A stretch of 64,000 bases of DNA from Bugula neritina (taxonomy: Eukaryota > Animalia > Bryozoa), in NCBI GenBank assembly GCA_964035545.1, contig OZ037767.1, positions 22,646,628 to 22,710,627 on the forward strand, written 5' to 3'. Both the position numbers and the translations under genes were made by a program. Of this stretch, positions 48,920 to 63,973 are shown in pieces. Each line of letters begins with the position of its first letter. Within the stretch, counting starts at the first letter, position 1. The notes beneath the pieces were generated by a model, which searched no databases, was not told where the DNA came from, and was given only the letters and a program-made list of their open reading frames with translations.

Positions 48920-51900
48920 TTACAGAATATCAGACTGAGACTGGGTTCTACCACGACTACTAGATGTCAGTTTGGACTCGGTGGTGTAGCTACTCCCCAC
49001 ACTGAATATCTCCCTGAGAAACACTGCAGGCTGGCTTCTCTGTCTTGTATGTTTAGCAGCAACTTTTCTTGGGAGAGTCAGTGAGTTAGCACTCATTTCT
49101 AATCTCTTTAAGTTACCTACAAACAGCAATGTATAAAACATTGTTTTTGTTAACTAATTTACTAAGGTTTATTTATACAGAGGAAAAATGAGATTTATAC
49201 TAATCAAATAAAGAAATTATAAAATGATCAAAGTTAGTTTGTCCCACCCAATACTCAAGCTGTACTCAGCTTCCTGTTAAACATAGACAGTATGAGAAGG
49301 CCTCTATGATGGCAAATCTATTGATCTAGCATTTTATGAAGAGGAAAAACACTATGGCTTAGAAATATTCCCAATAGGATATGGCTAACAATGCTTTAGA
49401 AATTTCTAGTCGGTAGCCTGAGATAACAAAATCCTAGCACACTCTAGAAATAGAATGCTGTCTCTTTTATTAGCATAATAATTATAATTGTTATTTCTAT
49501 TGTGTAGAGAATTTTTTTCCTTCTTGGATGTCAAACTTGAATTTCGAAATGTTTTGTACATTGCTTATCTCTCGACGAGCCTTTGATTGAAATATTCTAG
49601 CTAAACTGAAGTTTTAGATTGAAAAAACCTTCTAGACAAAACCACTATAAAAATCAACAATATTCCAAAGGTTATATAGATATAACTACTATAATTATAG
49701 TCGCAGTACGAACTGATATAGTAAGAAGTGTAGTACCTGACGACTGAGACTTGTTCAGATACTGCTGGCTACCAGATGCTACGGGAGTGACCTTTCCGTC
49801 ATAATAGACGCCTCGTGCTGTCATTAGTGGGCTGATCACTTGAGCTGCCAGTGTTTCTAGTTCATAGTACTGCTTATGACAAGGAGTGGATGCACTCTAT
49901 AAAATAAAGCTACCATGTATATGATGAAAGGGGGTGAGTGAATACATTATGCAATATGAACCAGTATAAAACAAGGGGTGGATAAACCCTGTACATCAAG
50001 TCTGGTTAGTTTGCACAGCATCAAGTGCTCTGTTTATAATAGAGGGTGCTACACTGTGCAAAGCTGTTATACTGCCTGTTATTAGCTTTCCATGATTCAA
50101 GTTAGCAGAATGAGCATATAGTGAGCAAACATTTTCATGCTTCACATAATAACTAGCTTAGTAAGCTATTACAAAAAACAAGGAAGGAAAACTTCATAAG
50201 TTAGAAGTTATATATAGCCTTGCTTTGTATCATTCACATTTGTCACTTTTTAAGCCATAAATGCAAGGGAATTCAAAACAACTTCCTACAGTAAAATCAA
50301 TGCTTGGGTATTGAACTTCATGACGTTCATGTGAAAGACAATGCACATCATGCAGCACTTGAAAGCTGGTGCATGATGGGAATTCAGCATCTAGCTGTTC
50401 ATATAACAATATACTGTTGATGACAGAGAAAAGATATGCAGCACTCACCAAAGTAACCAGGAACATTTGCTGTATTGCTGCTGTAATTCTGTCATCTAGT
50501 ATGTTGTTGTTGTTACTATAATTTGACCGTTCCCAAAGCTGTCGATGTTTGGATCTGGATATTAGAATTATGCTGCCTACAAATTAAACTGACACAATTA
50601 GACCACCCTTACTTTGCTGAAGTCAGCTAGTTGGTTTAAAGCTTTTAATTTTAGCAATAAGCTAGAATCATTATAAAAAATACTGTTTTCAAACAAAGAA
50701 ACAAGATGAAAAAATTGACAAGGGACTGCTACATGCACAACTGAATACAAAATAATAGCAAAGAAGACAACTACAAATTACAAGTAAAGCTATATGCATT
50801 AGAATTCTAATATTATCATCAATGTAGCTGTGGCTAGCTGTTGGCAACCAGTCTTAATTTCAAACAGCTAGAGCAAGAAACAAATTTTATTATAGTTTTT
50901 GAGAAATGAAAAATTTCACTATGTTTATTTTGTTAGAACTTTGACAATAATATTTATGGTTGTTAATCTAAACGAGAAGCTAAAATAAAGAATGTAGCTA
51001 AAGGGTGTTCGTCTTTAAACAAATATCCATGAAGAAAATAAATAAATGAAATAAAACTCTTGGAGAAGTTAAAAATATACTAAATATAAAACTGATAATA
51101 AATACAAAAACAACAACATTTTAGAAAGCCATGAAAAAAGAATGAATGCCAGACAATTACAAAGGGAACTTCCCTAATTTCAATCTGTTGAAGATATTGA
51201 ATGAAGCTGCAGGTTGGCAAGAATGATAGAATAGCATTGAAACAATTGACAGCAAACATACAAGACTCTACGATAGAATATAGGGGAAGTAACTTCAATG
51301 TAAACAAAGTACAAGTGGCTGAGATGAGGTGATGTAGTCATCGAGACTGAGAAGTTTTATATTGGAAGAAGTAGATAGATTTGCAGAAGCATTCAGAGGT
51401 ATAAGTAAGACATTCTGCTCAAATATTTAATGAAAACACCAAAGTTAGGAAGTTGGAAAGCAGAGAAGACAAATCTAAAGTAAGTATAAAGACTGTGTTG
51501 TAACATAGAATTAGTAGTTATGAGAGAGAAATGCGCAATATAAGATGTACAACACTAATTTTACCTGAAAGTGAAAGCCATTTCTTAAAATAAAAAACAG
51601 AGCATTGCTTTTAGATTAGGTCATTTGACATAAAAGTTGTTTAGTTAAAAATATACATTTATATGGGTTTGTGAGGATCAAGTTTTGGTTGCTGCGTGTT
51701 AAATTAGAGTATATTGTTTAAAATCTATTTAATGATTAGCATAATATAGATAACTTTATAGTGCATGTAATTGGTCTCAAGAATAGTAACTTTATTTAAT
51801 TACCTCGAATATTTGTTTTCAGCAACATCTCATCTCTAAATGCTATCAATGTTCTTTCTTCTATTGATAAATTCTTATACTGAATACAAGTTTAAAAATT

Positions 51901-54667
51901 TAACAATAATTAGAAAAAGTTTGTGTAACAGCAGAAGTAAGAGCAAACATGCAGTACTGTATTTAACAAGATATTAATATATAATATTATAGATAACTTA
52001 TTAATTATATGTAAATTTAGGATAATACCAATAGCAAAAACTATAAGTTATAGAAGTGAAACTTAAAGTAAAACAAGTTTGTCTTTGATTTTGAACCTTA
52101 TGTTAGATAATTAATGCAGTATCCCAATAAAATAAATGAGCAATTTTAAAGGGTTGATCAGAAACTAAGTAAAGTATAAAAATTATTCTCAGCTGTGGAA
52201 AACAATAAATTTACCTATATTTTCATGTCATGAACTTTCTTTTGATTGGGCAATAGTTTAATGTCGATTTTAAAAACTCAAGTAAGCCTATAATCTTTTA
52301 AATACGGTTATGAAAGGTTTTTGAAAGTTTGTTTAAGCAGTAAAATTATAAAAAGTTGATGTTTGAGAACCTCAATTGTTCAGCCTACGTGGTTGCAAGC
52401 ACAAAGTCTTAATAAATGTTTAAGTTGCGTTTGCACCTTCACAATTTTAAGTCAGAAGTACAATTTGGTTGAATGGAAATTTCACTGAGTTGAATTGCAT
52501 TGTAAAAGTCACTCATCAAATTTTTTTGAAGTGAAATTAACAAAAATTCGGTAATTTTTCCTGCAGAGGTATAAACGCTTTTTTATAGTGTGCTTCGCTT
52601 TTAGCTGGTGGGACTATTTCAAGTTATGCATGTTTTGGCCTTTATTTTTTTCTACTTTGAATACCTGTACCTCTAAATGCCCTTACCTCTAGATACTCTT
52701 ACCCATAAATACCTTTACCTCCGAACTTCCTTACCTCTGGTACTCCACAGAATATGACTTGTAAGGCAGGCAGCAGTTCTCTGTAAAAATTGTTCCAAAT
52801 ATCAGTTAATCCGACCAACAAGTTTTCTCCTTCATCCTCCTTGATGTCTTCCCTTATTATCCACATTCCTTTCTTGAGAATTCTTTCCTAGACGTTAAAA
52901 ACAGCAAATCCTAAAAATAGCAGTCGTAGATATTCTGTGTGCATAACTATAGTCTAGGCTCTAGTGTTTAGAGCATACTATTAGTAGGTTTATTGGTGTT
53001 AGAATTAAATCTCCTGCTTGATAAAATATCTAATAACAATGGCTTCACAGCCTGATATTCACAAAACGTTTGTCACAGCAAGTTTTAAAATGGTATTTCA
53101 AGTTCATAGCACAAAATGGACTTGCCATGTACAGCATAGCAATCGTTGAGTTTCTAGTTTGGTTTCTATGCTTCAGTTTCCAGCAAAAGAAATTTACAGA
53201 AATGAGGGCAAAACATTATTATTTCAGACCAATGAAATATCATAATGATAAAATCATTATTGTGAAAAATCAGAAAACTTGGCATAAAATTTTATGACAA
53301 AATTCAAACCTTTTTTAAATCTTTTATTCCAACCATCAAATCAGAACTATACCTTCTGATTGAGAAATTTGCTGTATGTTAGTAGAACTATATACAATGA
53401 CACCCACCATAACCAAATGATCTCTATAGGTTCATAACATATATGTACAATACAGAATGTTATAACTTGCAAGGGAGAAAACAAAGATACCTCATAAAAC
53501 GGCACAACAAACTCTCCAATATCCAACTTGATTAGTGATTTGACTTTTGAGTTGAGACTTATCAAACTTTCCTCAGGAGATTTGCCTTGGAACAAAGCAA
53601 TAATTCCTTTCTGCACACTAAAATTATTTACTATTTCTTTGACATAAGTACCACAGGCTATATAATGTCCTGACATCTCAGATACAATATAGTGTATTAT
53701 CTCGAGAATCGTTAAATACAGCACAAAACTTGGGGTCACTGATTGGAACGTTCGTATGCACATAATTGTCCTAACTCCAACCCCAAACTCTAGAGTCCCA
53801 AACACTACATTTAGTGACTCTAAACTTTGTGCTGCATCAAATGGTTTCCTAGTAACTCAGGTGTTGAGGACAAACAAATAGAAAGTTAAGCATGATGTCA
53901 TTAACAAACAAAAACAATCCACATGTGTTGAATTCCTTAAAGTTGACATAAATGTCATGAGGTTTTTAAATCAATTCTGATAGACACAAATGAATTAGAA
54001 ATCAAACTTTCAGCATTTGAAGTTAGTTTAAAAGAGTATTGAAACTTAATTAAAGTTGCTTGTATTATATAATAAAGACCACCAACTAAAATATTTTTAC
54101 CATTATTTTACATGGTATATGGTATGCTGGTGTGCACATACATGCAATATCCTGATATACATAACTCTACGTCACAGTTGGGTGTAGTAGCATTAAGAAA
54201 TGGCTCTAAATTTTGATAGGGCATGCAAAATAAAGGATACGATTTATATAATACATAATATTTATAGATTTTAAAATGTACATTTAGAATTATACACAGC
54301 AGTGAGCCAAACTACTATATTATTCTTATATACACTTGCATTATGTTGTACAGCAATTTAAAATATATACTAGTATAGTATAGTATTCTTTCAATCACCA
54401 ACTACAATTTCATTAAGAACTGCTGGAACACAATATAATAGCAGAGCTTACAGAGGTAGAACTAGCGTTGTAGACTCACACACTGAGTAGTTCATTGCCA
54501 TACAGCTTTGGTAGGTTAGACTTGTACTTAGCTGTTTCTTCAGGTTCCTGTACATAGCTGAACACGCCCTCTGCACCTGTAACATCCCCCAGGCCACCTG
54601 TAGAGACACCCAGGTCACCTGTGGAGCTGCCCCTTCTGTTAGCAAGCATCCCACCGGTGTGACTCAT
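48920..54667 (-). CDS. PRR5: Protor/PRR5-like mTORC2 subunit (HbrB domain); 5' end uncertain
   Basis: Exons 54667-54480, 53617-53491, 52887-52735, 51879-51804, 50576-50449, 49896-49737, 49116-48920, phase-compatible. KGIIALFQ, LNSKVKSLIK, ILKKGM..IRE.I, W..FY..LLP.LQ.IF, LIAFRD, AIQQMFLV and LETLAAQVISP match PRR5/PRR5L motifs. Confidence 0.85.
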
Positions 54668-56907
54668 TCCAGCATCCAGTAACTGAATGATACAGTTCAA
54701 AGGTGACACTTTAACTAAACCTTTAGTTGTATACTAAAAGACAATTTTCTTCAAATATATATACAGCGAACAAAGCATAGCTGATAATTTTTTTACTTGT
54801 TGGGAATATTCCTGAACTGTACAAAGTCTACACATGTGATATCAATAAGTATATTTCAACTTACTTTATAGTATATACTAAAAAAGTAAGTATGACTATA
54901 TAAAGAGGTTATACAGTACCTACTAGTAAATACAAGTAAGTACATACGTGTACACAAGTAGATTAAACTGTTACCTATACCAACGGTATGGTTTACCTAT
55001 CACACAGTTGCTAGTAATGTGCTTACTTGAAGGTATAGTTATCTTCTGTACTTGACAAGATATACAAATACGACAGAGATAACACATAGCTTTAAACCTT
55101 TAACCTTTAAAGAGCAACTTACAGGGCTGCTGTATTTACCCACCATTACAGATTGTAAATTGCCAAATTAAACTTCACAGCTAACTCCTGTAGAAAACAA
55201 AAGGTTGTATCGTAAAGGAAGTACAACTTTCATACAAAGCAAAGCTGTTTAGGAAAACACCATGAAGTCATTTAATTCTACATCAAATACACATTCTAAG
55301 GCAATTAGAGCTATTACACCCATACAGCCTTAATATTACCTGAAATCAAAGGTAATTTAGCAACATTGCAATACTGTACACTGTCAACAAGAGATGTTAG
55401 TTTTCTTCTGAACATGTCACCAATAACATATTTTTATAAGACTGTGAAATTATCTATACACACATCAGTGTTAGTTCAAATAATAAAGCCATGTTATTGT
55501 ACATAATAATATTAAGGTTTGATATAAGTTTAGGAGATAAGGAAATACAACTCCAACAATCTTCTTGGGTCAGTTGCTAGCTTAATAAATAATACAGCGC
55601 ATGTATACAAGTACAGTGCAGCTGTCATATCGTGCATACCTTATATCAAGCATTACACTTATTCTATATATAAAGAGATAAATATTAATATCTTTTGCTG
55701 CTGCAGAAAAAGGCAAATCATTAAAACTCTCCCTTATTATAAATGTATTTAGCACCAATGCTGCTATCTAAGAATGAATTTAACATTTTAATGTCACAAT
55801 TGAATTAATTATTGCATAAATTTAAAAAATATAATGCCTAATATTTGTAAACTGGTTGTTTAGTAAGCAAAAACAACTCTACAGTTTTGAAACTCATGAA
55901 ATGAGAAAAATATATAACTTTGTGAGTGTATTAATCGTAATGTTATTTTATAGCACATATGTACTATAAAAAAGAATACCATGATTGATGGATTCACAAA
56001 ATAAAAGCTTAAAGCATATGATTTATGTCAGCATGTGACATACTAAATAAAATATTGGCGTTGGTTTAAACTTAAGGCTAGGTTCATAAAGACAGGGACT
56101 GTTGAGAAGGCAGAGACTGTTAAAGAGAGATAGAAAATGTTGAGAGAGAGAATTAGATAATATGGAAAATAGTCTATGCATTGTAGCTTTAAATATTAAA
56201 AGAGACTTTGCAACAAATTAATTAGCACCTCCTAGCATTTATTTCCAAAGAGAAAAGAAAATTCAAAATATAATATAATATGGCATTACTAGTAGCTGGA
56301 GCATGAAAATAACTCTAAGGTTTTTACTAGCAACATTACTTCTATCTAGAATGGCTGTGAAGTGTAAGAATTAGTAATTTGAATGTAATAAGCTAAAGCG
56401 AAAAGCAACTCCAGGCAAACTGAACATAAACTTTCCAAGGAATGCAAAGAGAATAATACATAACAAATAGTTAAACCCAGGATAAGTAGACCACACAGAC
56501 AGATTCTACAATGTTTCATTTTGAGTTTAGGAACCTGCTATGTATAACTTAATAGTAACTAAATTATATATTTTTATGGAACGGTTATGTTTCCAGTACA
56601 AACTATAGATATTATGTTACATTATCTCTACATTATGAAAACCAGGCAAATAATATGCAACTATTTGGGAAAATAAAATACAGCTGGACTATATCAATAG
56701 TTGAATAAGGTGACAAATGAGAATAGAAAAACTGGACAGATCATTATTGCGTCAAATGCACATAATTATGAACTTGGTAATGGCTGCAAGGCATATAAGT
56801 TTACATGATTGCGGATAAAGCAGTTGCTATATCAGAAGACAGCTATTATATGATAGTTCAGTGATAGAGTAAGAGTGGATTGTCATGTAACTTCATTGCT
56901 GTCAAAT

Positions 56908-59900
56908 CTATCTAGTTATTACAGGAAGAACAACTTCTTTCCAGTGCTGCTCCCAAGTCACCTCTTGAAACGATTTGAGATTTTCTCTAAATCCGTTAAG
57001 TCGCTTCTGATTGGTTGGAAAGCCCTCCAGTAACTCCTACAACACAATATCATTATTTAACAACCAGCACTTGTTTAAATAGAACTATTTGACAGCTTTA
57101 TGACACACAAAGCAGTGGCCATAAATGACAGTGAGGGCAAGTGCTTTTCAAAGGCTGGTATACAAGAGTAGAGCTTCTCATTTTCAAATTTAGCCATATT
57201 AGTGACACTCTATTTTCCATTGCTACATATTCAGTATTGCAAGTATGTTTCTACAGTAGAAAAAAGCAACCATAGCGAATAATTCTTTTTACCAACAGAC
57301 AATATGTGAGTCCTTTTTTGTCCATGACACTGTTGAGTGCCACATGTGGGTCATTTTACTTAATTTAGTACACATTGGAAATATCCAGTTTTTAGTTATT
57401 TTTTACAATTTAGCTGCTAATGAACAGGGTTTTTGCCCAAAACTAGTAAGATATCAATAAATACACCTAAATAATCAAGGTTCTTCTTAATTTTGCTTGA
57501 TTTCCCATGATTTTCCTATTTATTTAGCTAATTTGAATTGCGGACTGTTACGAAAAAACCCTGTTCATTAGCAGCTAAATTGTAAAAAAATAACTAAAAA
57601 CTGGATATTTCCAATGTGTACTAAATTAAGTAAAATGACCCATGTGCTGTGTGACTAAAACATCCCAGTGTGGTGAAGAGATGCATAGTAACTGTGATAA
57701 TTATCATGAAGTTGTACAAAGAAGGTACTTAGCTAAATCCTTACCATTAATTGGTTAGCCAACTGTTTTTCATTATCAAAGACCAGCCCATTTTCATCAT
57801 GTTTTACCAGCTCAGATAAACTACAATTCACATATGTAATACTAAACAATATCTTAATATAGTAACACAATATTTGATTATTATGTAATTATAATCAGCT
57901 ACACAATACAGTGCATTATGTCATGCTAGGCCCATTATATAACAATATAATAATAATTATACAATATATATTCCTATACAAACTGAAAGCATACATATAA
58001 CCAGAGCTAAACATCTGAGAGTTGTCAACACCTAGTGATACATTTATATAATAGTAAATAGACGGCTGCTAACAAAGTTAATTTCAAGTAAAATGTTCCA
58101 ATTACATACAGTTTGTATAGTTGAGAATTGCAGAGTTGAACCAGAACATGGTGTCACAGCTTAATCACATGACCAGTGAGACCACACACAGAGCACCTAC
58201 CATTTGAAACCAATAGCACACACTGGCAGTCCTGTGCCAAACATGTCAACAACCTTCATGGGCAAGTCGAGACCACTGGATGAGTAATGCAGACACACAC
58301 CAATATCTGCAGACGCTACAAAGTACAGGGCAGTATCAACAGTTATAGGGCAGTGTCAACAGTTACAGGGCAGTGTCAACAGTTACAGGACAGTGTCAAC
58401 AGTTAGAGGACAACATCAACAGTTACAGGACAGCAGTACGGAGATTGGCTCTTGCAGCTCATAATTATATAGCACATAATGATTTTCAGCTGAAGCATTT
58501 TCTGTCAGAAAAGAATTGTCAAATTTCAAAGAAGATTTCTAACCTGTGCAACTTCCAACAACAAGTACATTTCTATACAAAGTAATTTAACGACTGTCAA
58601 GTAGACAGTTTTTTATTCCTAATAAATACACAAGCTTTTCCCAGCATGAAAAAAAGCTGTGTTGAAAACCCCAATACTTATTAGCATAACCCAGTCATGA
58701 CTGCATTTGACTGTATGAACAGTTGAATTTTAAAGACTTCTGAAAAAGCAAGCAACTATTTCCTACTACTAGATCCATGTAATGCAATATTGATAACTAG
58801 AACATTATCACATATAAAACTTGACTTAAACTACTACTAAGCCCTTTCAAAGTAATACACATGCTATAAAAGTATAGCATAATTATACCCTGTAAGCCAT
58901 GACCCTTATAACAATATTGTCTAGCAAATTTTTTTACAATGTTATGGTTTACTTAGCAATGTCATAGTATAACGGCTCCATCTATTAACAAGATAAAATT
59001 AGGCAATGAATATTTACTAATGAACCCCTTGTTCTAGCCTATTTACCTAACAGTTTCGGATAGTCTTCAGCCTCTAGCCAAGGGGTCACTACTCTCACTT
59101 TACTCCAGCATTTCTTTGATATAATTTCCATGTATCTTTCTTTCTGAGGTCCTTTACCAGTTATCAGGCATAGCAAAGGTGGCAAATCAGTGTTGTCTTT
59201 CGTATTTATATCATATACTAGAATATATGTGTCATAAGTAGTACTGCTGTACAGATAACATTGTGATATCATAACTAGTACAGCATGAATACACAAACAC
59301 ACATATTGATCATTCACACTAGCTAAACACCAAGTTCATGACTAATGGCTTACATTTTTCTATTCTATTTCTATTTTATTTCGCTTACACAAAACTTAAA
59401 TAATGCTTTCATCCACAAAACTCTCAGTTAAAAATGACATTTGAGATATAGAAACTTGCAGCCTGCATATTTTTCTTGTATGAAATTAAAAGCATATTTT
59501 AAAACGTGACTCATTTACAGACACTGCTACACAACATAAACGTACTCCAGAGCACAATCTAATAAATAGACTAATACTTGAAAACAATACCTTCTAATGC
59601 AGATAAGAGGATATTGAAATCTTCATCTTCCGTCCAGCTTGTACTACTGACTAGAATAGCTGGTCTGTTATCTAGAAGTTGTGTCCCCTCCTCAGTTGGT
59701 TTGGTACAGACAGTACTTTCTCTAGGGTAAGATCACATTGAAACATGACAAGGTTTTAGATTTAATCTGCATAACAGTAGTCAGTCACACTTCTATATTA
59801 GAGAACATGCAGGGCATATATAGTTTTGGATCCAGACAATGTCAAGGTCAAAGAAAGCCTAGGCAAACAAACTCAGTCGCCTCAAACAAAACTTTTAATT

Positions 59901-60718
59901 TTGTTTGAGACGATTTTTAATTTATATTCTGGTCCAAACATCTGATTATAAAATGGCTACAAAAGCAAGAATGTTTCTATATACACTCACGCCTCGACTC
60001 CTTTAAAATCTGGAATATTCTTAGACAACTTGAGATATAGCTTATGTTTCTCATCAACAGATAGAGATTTGAATTGGGGGGCAGCCTTGTCGTACAAAAC
60101 ATCTATACGGCTGAAGCAAAAAAGAAAATGGGTGCATAACAATACTATACAAAGTGTCAAAATTGTGAAAAAAATGCTGCAATAAATGCATTTAAATACA
60201 AAGAGTTTAGGTAGTTGAAATCCTTCTGTTATTGAAACTAGTTTAGCATTGATTGAATACACATAGTTGAAAAGCATATATACATATAAATAATTGAAAA
60301 ATTACATATCTGCTGAGACTAAATGTGACGTAATAAGAGAAGTGAGCTGTTAGCAGATCTAGGAACTGTTGTTAATGGTAAAACAAAGTTAGGTTAACAC
60401 AAATAGCAGCCTTAGAACCTACTTTATATTCCAATTAGAGCTAAGATCATCTCTCATAGCCTCAGTGACTGAGAAACCCCAAAATGCCAACTGACCAAAC
60501 CACTTTTCGTACCTTCAGAATAATAAATCAATATATATTTGAATAACTGTAGCTACAATTGCTGGTGAGAAACACCCAATAGCAGTGTTACAAACATTAC
60601 AATCATCACTTAAAGAATTTATAGCTAATACGCACTACATACAGGCACTAAGCTAGGACTACCCCTTAAATTATTTCAATTTACAAATACTTAAGGTGCA
60701 CATGTATATTAATCAACT

Positions 60719-60777
<59 letters not shown>

Positions 60778-62410
60778 ATAATATAATAAACAAGAAAAAA
60801 ATAAAAGACAAACCATTTTGAAAATCGGACCAATGGGTGATTAGATCTGGTAGCCAAGGCTAGGATGCTGTAACCATAGTTATGCCAGTCAACTAACAGC
60901 CGAGTACATCTGAATAAACAGAAGAGCCAGGCCACAGCCAAGGTTGGTATAGCTGGTGGGTTCTAGTAGTACAATACAACAGTCACTTTAGTAATACATA
61001 AACACTGCAAACTTGAATGATTTTTATAAGACAAGCTAGAAAAGGGTAATTTTTATTTCCATTCAAGTTATAAACCCATGTTTTATTATTATAATTCACA
61101 GTGAATAGTTTAAGAGAGCATTAAACTTGCACTATTGGCTAATTTCACTTTATAGGAAAAAACATCAAAATATAATCTAAACCGTTTAATCCATTATGTT
61201 TACATAATAAAGTGAGTAGGTAAAAGTTTTTAAAGGCATTAAAATATCTATTTCTTAGCAATTGATTTGAGAGAAGGAATACTGGCACATAGAACTTGCA
61301 GTATAACTTTGTGTTTAAAAAGTTATACTCTGTCTGCAGTTTGAGCTATATAAGTCACATAAATAAGTGTAGAGTAAAAATCAATATCTAACAGCTCGTC
61401 AGTAAAAAAATTTACCTGCAAGAGAAGGTGAGAAGACTTGCTTGTTTGACAAAGAGTCCATAAAAGACATACTGTCTGCCATAAAACCTTCACCCCATAG
61501 GCAGCTAGTCTGGGCATATCTGTAGAATATTAAGTAAACAGAATGCAACCTTTTAAATATCATAATGAGTATTTGAAAACAATAGTAGAAAATTGCATAA
61601 TTGCAATGCAAAAATATGCAAAATTAAATAAATCCTAATTTAACTTTCACGAAAATCTGCTACCATAGCACTCAATAAGTATTATACTTTATTTTTTAAA
61701 AACTTTTCAAACATGTTTTAAACTACAAGTTTAATGACGTTTATTTAGAACGTAGGTTATCAATCAAATGTATTGTTGCTCAATATAACCATTTCTATTA
61801 GGCTAGTACGTTAAAAGCTCTACAAACTACCTATATATTATTATTGCCAAAAGAATTAAATTATAAACTGACTAATAGTAACTTTACTAAAACATTCTAT
61901 GCATAAAAGTAAAACTAAAAGCAATATGGTTTCAATATCAATATGAATATTTATATTACAACTACATTACAAAAATTAAATTGATAGCTGTAAAAATAGC
62001 TGAAATTTTACTAATAATATTTATTAATGACAACAACTTTCAATAATCGTTAATGTTTAGTAGTAATGATACTCTATCAGTATTAGTGAATTTAGTAACT
62101 AACTCTAAGTAAGCCTACATTTATGAAATTCTGGGGTATCCATGACATAAAAGACATCGATGTTCTTGTTTGTTACAAAAGATCTATGTGGCGTTGTTCC
62201 AGCATACCCAACATGCTGAACTTTATATCCATTTTCAGCAAATGAAACAGCGTGGTTTCTCATTCTAGGGCTCCTGCCAATATCTCCTAAAACTAAAACT
62301 GTTACGCAGCCATCTCCACTCTTGCTACCATTGCGCAACGTCAACACTAACACAACACTGAGGCAAATTATTATGAAGCCCATCACAAAAAGAAGAATTT
62401 CTACCAACAT
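56908..62410 (-). CDS. ALG1: Chitobiosyldiphosphodolichol beta-mannosyltransferase
   Basis: 10 exons 62410-62119, 61519-61416, 60962-60814, 60512-60423, 60110-59991, 59721-59591, 59217-59047, 58315-58201, 57820-57745, 57036-56908. Motifs [69 protein letters not shown]; N-terminal TM segment. Confidence 0.95.
57348..57641. mobile_element. MITE with ~87-bp TIRs, GGG...CCC ends and 4-bp TSD ATGT (Sola2-like termini)
   Basis: gggtcattttacttaatttagtacacattgg...gaacagggttttt mirrored at ~57555-57641; ATGT at 57344-57347 and 57642-57645. Confidence 0.8.
58321..58435. repeat. Minisatellite: 20-bp unit AGTTACAGG(G/A)CAGTGTCAAC, ~5 copies
   Basis: Directly visible, next to the ALG1 exon 8 acceptor. 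Confidence 0.9.
60723..60774. repeat. (AT)n microsatellite
   Basis: Directly visible. Confidence 0.95.
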
Positions 62411-63973
62411 AATTTTGTTTTATAGGTCTTCAAAACAAAATGCAATAATTCAAGTTACTGTAAAGAGTAGAATTTCAATTATGACCAACAAAATTTTTAA
62501 CTTGAGTAAAATTTTGCCAAGTGAAGCTTGACGGAAACTGTCAACATGTGTGCGTACTGGAATCACGCAAACAGTACTTTCTATTGGCTGTTGAATGGTC
62601 CACTAATAAATCCACCGTTTTGACGACACGATAGCAACCAACAAAACATTTAATCATCTCATTGAACAATTTATTTACTTTATTTAAGAAACAAAAAGAA
62701 AATAGTGACCAGGGTACAAACTGTTTTATTTATGGACTCATTATGAAAGTTTTTTAGCAAATTGTATGACAACACGACATCAGTTGGTTGTTTTAATTTT
62801 TTGCCGTTAGATTTTAATTTACAAATATTCATACTGAAATAGTGAATCACACATTTTTATTTTCGATTTGCAATCAATTTAAATTTGTACGAACGCTGGT
62901 GACTATCACTATGATTAGTCTTTAGTAAAAGTAGGTTGCTTTAGTCAAAATTATAATTAAAATTAGAAATAATTTTGGTGTCAATATTAGGAATTATCAA
63001 TTTCTTAAACTAATCTCAATTTGATCAATAATTAGTATTACTGCGTCCTAATAGTAATAGTAGTACTTACAGTTATAGTTATAGTTATACTATTAGTATT
63101 GGTATTGGTATTAATAATTTAGATTATTTTTACTATTAACAATGCCAGCAGCATAATAGTAAGTATAATTTTAATTTAAACCTAGATAACGTTAGAAAAA
63201 AGGGTTTGACTTCCAATTACCTTATGAGTAATTGTAGTATAGTTATTAATGACTAATGAGTAGGACTAAGAGTTGTGTAGTAGGGCTGCAACCTTTTGCA
63301 ATGATGTGCCATTGTTTTAATATTGTGGTAAGAGTTTTCTTGTTTTACTTATGTTTATACTATGAGTTGATGTTAATAAATTTTACTATCTGGTTTTAGG
63401 TTCTGGTCAGGCTAGACCCCTAAACTCATAGAACTTATTTGTTGTTTAAACGTTTTTAGTGTTTCTTTCAATTGCTTTTAAAAAGTGATACATTTGAAAT
63501 GTTGCTACCTTCACTTGGAAAGTTTAAGATTAATGGTCTACTTTTTATATAACAGAGAAATATGATAATTGATAAGTAATTAGTTGTTATTGTAAAAATT
63601 TTAAAACACTAGTAACCAACTTGTACATTAATGCAATAAAAGCTCCACAGGGTTAGTTTTATATTAAGTTTCACTTATTTGCTCTATACTCTAAGCTTTA
63701 TTTTGTGTACATTTAATCAAAATATTTAAAAGATTGTGTGATTGTACTCATCATTTTACTTAGTGGTTAAAACATTGATATTCACCATAAACATATTGCT
63801 ATTAACAATGGCTGATTTTTACTAAGCCATGAAAATTAAACAGAACTTATTGCTCAAGAGCTATATTTGCGAATGTGTTGTTTTTGATCTTCTGCAAATC
63901 TGGTTTGTGTTGACTTCAATGATACTCACTATGAATTTTGTAGATCATTTGCAGCTCTACTTAGTTTCTAAAA

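Noticed and set aside
51100-56420. Possible decayed LINE remnants near 51100-51530 and 56000-56420
   Set aside because: Only faint compositional resemblance, with no diagnostic motif.
10252-58435. Tandem arrays as CRISPR-like loci
   Set aside because: Units are contiguous with no unique spacers, no cas genes, and the context is eukaryotic introns.
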